32,000 bases of DNA, taken from assembly GCF_000284115.1 (NCBI RefSeq), contig NC_017080.1:1020001-1052000 (forward strand), in the 5' to 3' direction. Under the pieces are notes generated by a model that searched no databases, was not told the DNA's origin, and worked only from the letters and a program-made list of their open reading frames with translations. This DNA is from Phycisphaera mikurensis NBRC 102666. Lineage in GTDB: Bacteria; Planctomycetota; Phycisphaerae; Phycisphaerales; Phycisphaeraceae. A program made the position numbers and the translations under genes. How positions within the stretch are numbered: the stretch's first letter is position 1; every line of letters starts with the position of its first letter. This document shows, in pieces, positions 6,901 through 12,932 of the stretch.

Positions 6901-8072
6901 TCGGTCAGGAACCACCGCTTCACCTCCAGCGGGAAGGCCTCCGGCTCGCTCCAGGCGAACGGGACGTACTGCTCGTGCAGCGGGTCGTCGTAGGTCCCGT
7001 CGTTGGAGGCAAGCATCCGGGCGACGTAGCGGGCGCCCGGCACCGGGTGGTGGGTCGCGGTGATGCCGATCGACGGCTCCAGCGGCGTCACCTCCGCCGA
7101 GCCGCCCATGCTGCCCTCCTCCACCTTCGACAGCCGGTAGACCTTCCCGTCGAAGCCCATCGTGGTGAGCAGCTCCGGCATCGAGAGGACCAGCTCCGGC
7201 TCGTCGGCGGGCCCGAGCATGTCGAGGTACGCCGCCTGGAACTGATTGCCGTCGCCCAGGTGCGTCACCCCCACCTCGACCTGCACCGGCGGCACGACGT
7301 CGGCCACGCCGCCCGAGGCCGACGTTGGGAGCCGGAAGTCGGTGCGGATCGACTGGTCGTCGCGGAAGCGCAGCGTCCCCGCGCTCTGGATGCCCGCGAC
7401 GTCGCGGGCCGGGCTCCACGCCGAGAAGACGCCGCTGGGCTCGTAGCGCTTCACGTTGAAGCGCCAACGCTCGTCCTGCTCCGGCGGCCCGCCGACGACC
7501 GCCCAGGGCACCGTCATCTCGGCGGTCCACACGCCCTCCCCGACGTGCGCCGCGAAGCTCTCGTCCGGCAGGTTGGTCTCCCACCCGATGGCGGGCTCGT
7601 CACCGCCGCCCGCCACGAACGTCCCGTCGAAGAAGCCGCCGCCGGGGTTGATGATCAGGACGATCCCGGCGTCCGCGTCGGGGTGGTACAGGATCACCTC
7701 AAGAGCGTCGTCCTCCCACACCGCGCCGTCCCGCTCCGCGTCGGCCTTGAGCGGGGCGAGCGGGTTCTTCTCGGCCTCGAGCGCGAGGCGCAGCCCCTGA
7801 TCGTCGCCGGCGACCCAGACCCGGCTGTTGCGGGCGGCCCGATCCATCAGCGTCTCGGTGCTGTCGGCGGCCATGCGGCCGACGACCAGGAAGTCGCCGA
7901 AGCGGGTGGCGTTGTCCCACTCGCCGGCGTCGATCACGCCGTCGATGGCGACGGCGGCGTCCGCCAGGAGCGGGGCGGTGGTCACCGGCGGGCGGTAGTC
8001 CCGCTGCTCGGGCTCGGCGCTCGCGACCGCGGCGAGCAGGAGGGAGGCCGTGGGGAGGGAACGGTGGTTCAT
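3966..8072 (-). CDS. Large exported multidomain protein with an N-terminal CBM9-like carbohydrate-binding domain and glycoside-hydrolase-like middle and C-terminal regions (family unassigned)
   Basis: Part of track ORF 3966..8459. The start is set at ATG (complement of 8070-8072), which gives the signal peptide MNHRSLPTASLLLAAVASAEP. The N-terminal segment DGVIDAGEWDNATRFGDF ... GAVWEDDALEVILY ... WTAEMTVPWAVVGG ... RWRFNVKRY resembles CBM9/DOMON-like modules. The rest has normal, non-shadow amino-acid composition throughout. Confidence 0.8.
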   Translation of the reverse strand: MNHRSLPTASLLLAAVASAEPEQRDYRPPVTTAPLLADAAVAIDGVIDAGEWDNATRFGDFLVVGRMAADSTETLMDRAARNSRVWVAGDDQGLRLALEAEKNPLAPLKADAERDGAVWEDDALEVILYHPDADAGIVLIINPGGGFFDGTFVAGGGDEPAIGWETNLPDESFAAHVGEGVWTAEMTVPWAVVGGPPEQDERWRFNVKRYEPSGVFSAWSPARDVAGIQSAGTLRFRDDQSIRTDFRLPTSASGGVADVVPPVQVEVGVTHLGDGNQFQAAYLDMLGPADEPELVLSMPELLTTMGFDGKVYRLSKVEEGSMGGSAEVTPLEPSIGITATHHPVPGARYVARMLASNDGTYDDPLHEQYVPFAWSEPEAFPLEVKRWFLTDGTVRVGVPRAGLPEELRGADAVRVELKPADGRAAVASGEGSLADEPVTLDVSDLTPGPHELEVAVLKGGEEVRTRTVDLPIPEKPAWAGNTLGVSDGVLPPWEPLGFDGDAVTTTNRRYTFGDGLLPTQVVVELDRGDQPLLDAPVRLVAGDATLTPEGGAEELERTDARLVRRQVYAAGPLRVRLRSTLEFDGFLHFEVETLGDAEVPSLALEVPMRAAAATHFWRGYNGLKPIDAMTAAEWPIGGELDGERTMSFAPTVRLHGLDHGLEWFAEHDWDWRNEEPQRQIVIGEASGGRRVLRVNLLDHAATVPAGSRYDFGLIAIPTKRFELPWDELMLAGSSSIRDGVHLDDVEPARDPALWMPGRVPPASIAPGVFLRYPLRGNLDPAGGSLTIDLATLDAEHHDLFWLDFGDLAENEGLQARLLEAGGQTRLSLRSGGGEEAIAGPVAEAERVTLRWERAGGGTRFAASLGAGEEATLTLPVAPSAEDLREGVLLLGGDGRLVLDRVRIDDAGGAALLDDPLEESFRPNDFLETSAGGVPDRVARFAGGKLTLDVRAEMKIHEVNHRLGVNGVYVHWHARDDFYGPWYEIDGPEREAAYAAYHASREPTGVRHLPYYLKNMSINDPAWKDFGAEASIQPLAISFDHTVLAPSGPGLDFALWGIEKLLTDMDADFIHLDFGLPFPDASLGTGAGSIGPDGELRFSYPLLAHRELFKRIYKLCLDHDADFMPHTSPGIEMSYGSFATAGVTGEQEEFYFGFDHTRLYDQPVRDFLPDDRYLSHYPGMLLGTPHYQLTARHLTLMTGDVLLNWGSYLTMPYGDNPGNEDGRAGGHLKRDGAFAPYAAAADERLTSGPMMTRMAPYQTPVLADFGDADFVPFFHAASVGVSTDRPDDAFVSVAMKRDAPEALLLVGNFSHDSFDTTVSLDPGRLGVDGEAEVYDPVLRKVLDRNADGGLTVFTPKEFVRLLIVRPARR

Positions 8073-8101
8073 GGCGTCGCTCGCGGAGGCGTATTCTCGG
8101 A

Positions 8102-8149
8102 GCCGCGGACCGCCGCCGTCTGGCGGTCCCGGGAGGCGCGGTCCGCGGC
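8102..8149. repeat. Conserved-sequence hairpin in a divergent promoter region
   Basis: GCCGCGGACCGC (8102-8113) and GCGGTCCGCGGC (8138-8149) form a perfect 12-bp stem. An inner mini-hairpin CCGCC-gtct-GGCGG is present. Confidence 0.6.
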
Positions 8150-8164
8150 GGGCGGCAGGATCCG

Positions 8165-8187
8165 CTCTCGTATGATATGATGGAATT
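8165..8187 (+). promoter_or_regulatory. AT-rich island, putative promoter of the ABC importer operon
   Basis: Overlapping TATGAT hexamers (8171-8176 and 8176-8181) stand out against a very GC-rich background. The second ends 6 nt before GTG 8188. Confidence 0.3.
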
Positions 8188-10956
8188 GTGAGTTTCGCGA
8201 AACGGCACGACGGGTGGCATCGGACGGCCCTGCTCGCGACGCTTCTCGCGCTGCTTTGCCCACTCTTGGCCGGTCCCGCCGCCGCCCGGGAGCCCGCGTC
8301 GCAGCCCCGCGTGACCTTCAAGGCGCAGGGGATGCCCGTCCCCCGCAGCGTCGATCCCGCTTCGCTGGCCACCCGCGAGCTCGTGCGGATCTTCCAGGAG
8401 CGGCACCCCGGCATCGGCATCGAGGCCTTCGGGATGCCGAAGCTGCACGGGGCCGCCATGGACTCCGGTCCGCTGATGGCGATTGCCGCCGGCGTGCCGC
8501 CGCACGCGATCTACGTCAACTTCCGCCAATCCTCGACCTACATCGCGCAGGGCTTTCTCGAGCCGCTGGAGCCGCTGATGGCCCGGCTGATGTCCGACGA
8601 TCCGGAGCTCACGCGGATCGGCGAGGACGGCCGCTTCGCGGCCGAGCCGTCCGCGGAGCAGGTCGCCGCGGCGCTGTCGGTACTCAAGAGCCGCGTGGCC
8701 GACGCGGTGTGGCCGGTCGTGTACCGCGAGGGCATCGGCGAGAACCAGCAGGACGCGCACGTGTGGTCGCTGCCGCTGTCGATCATGGTCAACGTGCTGA
8801 CCTACCGAAAGGACCTCTTCGCCGAGGCGGGGCTGGACCCCGAGCGGCCGCCGGAGGACTGGGACGAGCTGCTGGCCTACGCCCGGGCCATCACCCGGCC
8901 GTCGCGGAACCAGCACGGGATGATCATGTACGGCGGGCAGTACCTCTCCTACGGGGCCTACTCGCTTCTGGTGGGCAACGGCGGGCGGGCGATGCAGCGG
9001 GGGGAGGACGGCCGGTGGCGGGCGACCTTCGATTCCCCGGAGATCGCCGAGTCGGCCGCGTTCCTGTGGAGGCTCGCCCGCGAGCCCTTCATCGCCGAGA
9101 ACGACGGCGGCCGCGTCGCCGACGGCGCTCTCCGCGTCGCGCCGGGCACGGGCGACGAGGTGGAGCTGAAGTGGGACCGGGGCCAGGTGGGGATGATCTT
9201 CGCCACCCTCAGCGACGACCTCATCTCCGCCTCCAACCCGCAGCTGGTCGGCTTCGCCCCGGTCCCCCGCAGCCCCGACGGCACCCGCGGCTCGGACATC
9301 AACGCGCGGATGCTCGGCGTGTTCTCAGGCTCGACCGACGCGCAGAAGCTCGCGGTGATGCGCTTCATCTGGTTCCTCGTTTCCGAGGAGGCCGAGCGCA
9401 TCCGCACCGAGATCTACGTCGAGAACGGCTTCGGCACCTTCGTCAACCCGATCTGGCTCGAGCGCTACGGCTTCGACGACGTGCTGGCGCAGGTGCCAGC
9501 CTCCGTCCGCGAGCTGTACGCCACCGCCTTCGAGACCGGCGTGCCCGAGCCCTACGGCCAGAACACGCAGAACATCTACCGCTTCATGTCCGAGCCGCTC
9601 ACGCAGGCCCTTGAGATGGACCTGCGGGAGCTGACGCCCGAGCAGCGCGAGGCACGCATCCAGCCGCTGCTGGACGAGGCCGTCGCCGAGACCAACGCCA
9701 AGCTGCTCGGGCGCATGACCTCCGAGGAGCGGACCCAGCGGCAGCGCGTCGGCTGGATCGCGCTGATCGTGCTGGTGGTGGCGCTGGGCGTGGCGGTGGT
9801 CACCACCTGGCGGTACTTCACCCGCTTCGCGCCGGTGGGCTCGGCCAGCGTCGGCGGCGCGCGGTGGCTGCCCTGGCTGATGCTGCTCCCGGCGGTGGGG
9901 ATCATGGCGTTCTGGATCTACGTCCCGCTGGGCTGGGCCTTCGGCCTGTCGTTCACCGACTACCGCCTGGCGATCCCCTCGCGCTTCGTCGGCGTGATGA
10001 ACTTCGCCGAGGCTCTGTACGACCCGCAGTTCTGGGCGTCGCTGGGCCGGACGCTCTACTACGTCGCGCTCCTGCTGGGGCTGGGCTTCTGGCCGCCGAT
10101 TGCGCTGGCGGTGCTGCTCGACGAGGTGCCGACCAAGACGGCCAAGTGGGTCTTCCGCGTGCTGGTCTACCTGCCGGCGATCATCAGCGGGGTCGTGGTG
10201 ATGTTCCTCTGGAAGCAGCTCTACGGCGAGACCGAGTTCGGCGTGCTCAACCAGCTGCTGCTCAAGCTCAACGCGCTCGGGCCCGTGCTCGCGACGCTGG
10301 TGAAGGTCGCGGTGTACGGCCTCTGGGGCTTCCTGCTGTGGACGGTCCTCCGCGTCGCGGCGCAGTCCGGGCAGTTCGGAATCGTCGGGCGGCTGGTGTC
10401 GGTCGGCCTTGCCGTGCTGCTCTCGCTGGCGACCGTCTGGACCGTGCTCAGCCCGGGCTTCCTCGACGCCTGGGGCGGGCCGGTCGGCGCCTTCGCCTTC
10501 GAGCCGCTGCGGTGGATCGGCTCGCCGGAGACCGCCATGTTCTGCACCGTGCTGCCGATCGTGTGGGCCTCGGCGGGCCCGGGCTGCCTGCTCTACCTCG
10601 CCGCGCTCAAGACGATCCCCGGCAGCCTCTACGAGGCCGCGGAGATCGACGGCGCCAGCCCGATGCACAAGCTGCTGCACATCACGCTCCCGCAGCTGAA
10701 GTACCTGATCGGCATCCAGTTCATCGCGGCGCTCGTGCTCGCCTTCCAGGGCGGGGCGGACTACATCCTCGCGCTCACCGGCGGCGGCCCCAACGGCGCC
10801 ACCAACATCCTGGCGCTGGAGATCTTCATGCGGACCTTCTCGGATCTGCGCTTCGGCCTGGGCACGGCGATGGCGTGGCTGCTGGGCCTGATGCTCATCG
10901 GCGTCACCGCGTACCAGCTGCGGCAGCTCGCCCGCGCCCAGTTCAGAGCCGCCTGA
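8188..10956 (+). CDS. Fused ABC-transporter solute-binding protein (family 1, CUT1-type) and MalF/UgpA-like permease
   Basis: One uninterrupted 922-aa ORF. It begins with the signal peptide MSFAKRHDGWHRTALLATLLALLCPLLAGPAAA. A roughly 500-aa SBP-like region follows (MIMYGGQYLSYGAYSLLVGNGG, MLGVFSGSTDAQKLAVMRFIWFLVS). Next comes a TM anchor VGWIALIVLVVALGVAVVTTW (9748-9810). The permease follows, with WLPWLMLLPAVGIMAFWIYVPLGWAFGLSFTDY and the EAA loop LYEAAEIDGASPMHKLLHITLPQLK. Confidence 0.85.
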   Translation: MSFAKRHDGWHRTALLATLLALLCPLLAGPAAAREPASQPRVTFKAQGMPVPRSVDPASLATRELVRIFQERHPGIGIEAFGMPKLHGAAMDSGPLMAIAAGVPPHAIYVNFRQSSTYIAQGFLEPLEPLMARLMSDDPELTRIGEDGRFAAEPSAEQVAAALSVLKSRVADAVWPVVYREGIGENQQDAHVWSLPLSIMVNVLTYRKDLFAEAGLDPERPPEDWDELLAYARAITRPSRNQHGMIMYGGQYLSYGAYSLLVGNGGRAMQRGEDGRWRATFDSPEIAESAAFLWRLAREPFIAENDGGRVADGALRVAPGTGDEVELKWDRGQVGMIFATLSDDLISASNPQLVGFAPVPRSPDGTRGSDINARMLGVFSGSTDAQKLAVMRFIWFLVSEEAERIRTEIYVENGFGTFVNPIWLERYGFDDVLAQVPASVRELYATAFETGVPEPYGQNTQNIYRFMSEPLTQALEMDLRELTPEQREARIQPLLDEAVAETNAKLLGRMTSEERTQRQRVGWIALIVLVVALGVAVVTTWRYFTRFAPVGSASVGGARWLPWLMLLPAVGIMAFWIYVPLGWAFGLSFTDYRLAIPSRFVGVMNFAEALYDPQFWASLGRTLYYVALLLGLGFWPPIALAVLLDEVPTKTAKWVFRVLVYLPAIISGVVVMFLWKQLYGETEFGVLNQLLLKLNALGPVLATLVKVAVYGLWGFLLWTVLRVAAQSGQFGIVGRLVSVGLAVLLSLATVWTVLSPGFLDAWGGPVGAFAFEPLRWIGSPETAMFCTVLPIVWASAGPGCLLYLAALKTIPGSLYEAAEIDGASPMHKLLHITLPQLKYLIGIQFIAALVLAFQGGADYILALTGGGPNGATNILALEIFMRTFSDLRFGLGTAMAWLLGLMLIGVTAYQLRQLARAQFRAA

Positions 10957-10979
10957 GCCGGCCGCTCCCTCATCACCCC

Positions 10980-12767
10980 ATGCCGCTGATCAGCCCCATC
11001 GAAGCCAGGACCTTCAAGGGCCGCGCGCTGCACGCCGGCATCGTCGCGGTGCTTCTGCTGATCACCGCCTCGACGGTCTACCCCTTCCTGGTGATGCTCT
11101 CCGGCTCGGTGCGCAGCGAGTTCGACGCGGTCGACCTGGACCTCGTGCCCTCGTACCTCGTCGACCAGGACACGCTGCACCGCAAGTTCCTCGCCACCAA
11201 GTACGACCTCGACCCCCAGCTCGCCAACACCGCGCTCCTGCGGCAGGGCTTCTCCTTCACGAAGTTCCCGCTGCCCGAGGGCTCCGCCTCGCCGGAGGCC
11301 GCCGAGGCGCTCGCCGCGTTCCTCACCGCGCCGGATTTTCCCCGCCACTGGGCGACGCTGGGCAACGCCTACTCCGTCCGCGATGCGCCCGAGAACCTGC
11401 GGCGGCTGCAGGAGAAGCTCTTCGCCCGCTACGACGGCGACCTCGCGCGGCTCTCCGCCGAGTCGGGCACGCTCATCGAGGACTGGGCGCTGGTCCGCCT
11501 GCCGCAGCCGCGTTGGCTCAACCCCGGCTACCTCCTCCCCGACGGCCCGCTGGAGGAGACGTACTTCGAGCTGCTCCAGCAGCGCCCCGCCGCCGAGCGG
11601 GTGCCGGTCTCGGTCACCGGCTTCTTCCTTCAGACGGTGATCTTCCCGAAGTTCGGCCAGAACGACACGGCCGCCTACAACGCCGCGCACGCGGAGCCGC
11701 TGGCCGGGTACCACGACTTCCGCCTGCCCGAGCGCGTGCCCGGGCCCGACCAACCGGAGCTGCGGGCGGAGTGGCTCTCGTTCGCGCGCGGTCTGCTCAA
11801 TCCCTCCTTCGTCGTGGTGGACGGCCTCGACGACGCCGCCTGGGCCGCACACCTGCGCGAGCAGGGGGCGGCCGAGGCCGTGGTGGCGGCCTCGTCGGCG
11901 CCCGCCGGCCGCTGGCTCGCCGGCCGCGAGCGCGAGGCGTACGAGGCGTATCTGCGCGGCGTCGACCCCGAACGGCTCCGCCTGGTCGGCCCCGAGTTCG
12001 CCTGGGCCGCCGAGCACCCCGACCTCCCGCGGATGCAGGTTGCGCTCGCCGGGCTGGAGCAACGCTTCGTCGCCGAGAACGCGGGGTCGATCCGCTGGGA
12101 CTTCCTCACCCGCAACTACGTCAACGTGTGGAACGAGCTGACGGTGCAGGGCCGCGTGCTCTTCAACACCGCCGTCTTCTGCCTCGCCGCGATCCTGCTC
12201 GCGCTGCTGGTGAACCCGCTCGCCGCGTACGCGCTGTCCCGCTACCGCCTGCCCTCGACGTACAAGATCCTGCTGTTCCTCATCGCGACCATGGCCTTCC
12301 CGCCCATGGTCACGATGATCCCGCAGTTCGTGATGCTGCGGAACCTGGGGCTGCTGAACACCTTTCTCGCGCTGGTGCTGCCGCTGATCGTCAACGGCTA
12401 CATGATCTTCCTGTTGAAGGGCTTCTTCGACGCTCTCCCGCAGGAGCTCTACGAGGCCGCGACGATCGACGGCGCCGGCGAGCTGCGGATGTTCTTCCAG
12501 ATCACGATGGCGCTCAGCAAGCCCATCCTCGCGATCCTGGCCCTGGGCACCTTCACCGGCGCGTACACGATGTTCCTCTACCCGCTGCTGGTCGCCCCCG
12601 ACCAGGACATGTGGCTGATGTCGGTGTGGCTCTTCCAGTTCCAGCAGCGGAGCACGAGCGCCGCGGTCTTCGCCAGCGTCGTCATCGCCAGCGTCCCCAC
12701 GCTGATCGTCTTCCTCTTCACGCAGCGCATGATCATGCGCGGCATCGCGGTGCCGCAGGAGAAGTGA
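10980..12767 (+). CDS. MalG-like carbohydrate ABC permease with a roughly 350-aa periplasmic insertion after TM1
   Basis: In-frame ATG at 10980 inside track ORF 9864..12767, 24 nt after the upstream stop. TM1 is ALHAGIVAVLLLITASTVYPFLVML. A long soluble segment follows. The permease core has LFNTAVFCLAAILLALLVNPLAAYALSRY and the EAA loop LYEAATIDGAGELRMFFQITMALSKP. Confidence 0.85.
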   Translation: MPLISPIEARTFKGRALHAGIVAVLLLITASTVYPFLVMLSGSVRSEFDAVDLDLVPSYLVDQDTLHRKFLATKYDLDPQLANTALLRQGFSFTKFPLPEGSASPEAAEALAAFLTAPDFPRHWATLGNAYSVRDAPENLRRLQEKLFARYDGDLARLSAESGTLIEDWALVRLPQPRWLNPGYLLPDGPLEETYFELLQQRPAAERVPVSVTGFFLQTVIFPKFGQNDTAAYNAAHAEPLAGYHDFRLPERVPGPDQPELRAEWLSFARGLLNPSFVVVDGLDDAAWAAHLREQGAAEAVVAASSAPAGRWLAGREREAYEAYLRGVDPERLRLVGPEFAWAAEHPDLPRMQVALAGLEQRFVAENAGSIRWDFLTRNYVNVWNELTVQGRVLFNTAVFCLAAILLALLVNPLAAYALSRYRLPSTYKILLFLIATMAFPPMVTMIPQFVMLRNLGLLNTFLALVLPLIVNGYMIFLLKGFFDALPQELYEAATIDGAGELRMFFQITMALSKPILAILALGTFTGAYTMFLYPLLVAPDQDMWLMSVWLFQFQQRSTSAAVFASVVIASVPTLIVFLFTQRMIMRGIAVPQEK

Positions 12768-12897
12768 GGCGAGCCGCGGTCGGTCCGATCTGCCGCCCGC
12801 TCCTGCGCCCATGGGGTGCATCGCCGTCTCTCTCGTGCCGGCCGTGGCTCCCGGCCGACCGCCCACCCAGCCGCGGGAGCTGGCCCCGGACGGCTCC

Positions 12898-12932
12898 AAT
12901 TTTCCGCGAAAAGATATGGTAAGTTCTCCATT
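12898..12932 (+). promoter_or_regulatory. AT-rich island, putative promoter with an extended -10-like motif and a palindrome
   Basis: The sequence is aaTTTTCCGCGAAAAgataTGgTAAGTTctccatt-ATG. TAAGTT (12920-12925) lies 7 nt before ATG 12933. The quasi-palindrome TTTTCCGCGAAAA is at 12900-12912. Confidence 0.35.

Noticed and set aside
3412-7584. 1390-aa minus-strand ORF, and the 876-aa plus-strand ORF 3639..6269
   Set aside because: Both have extreme Arg/Ala/Gly/Pro composition with no motifs. They are alternative-frame or antisense shadows of the well-formed 3966..8072 gene, which is typical for very GC-rich DNA.
8073-8459. N-terminal extensions of track ORFs (8073-8459, 12816-12932, 22108-22464, 20082-22718, 26991-27215, 29821-30648, 9864-10979)
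   Set aside because: The upstream portions are Arg/Pro-rich, and they overlap neighbouring genes or repeats. In each case an internal start yields a clean signal peptide or a family-typical N-terminus.
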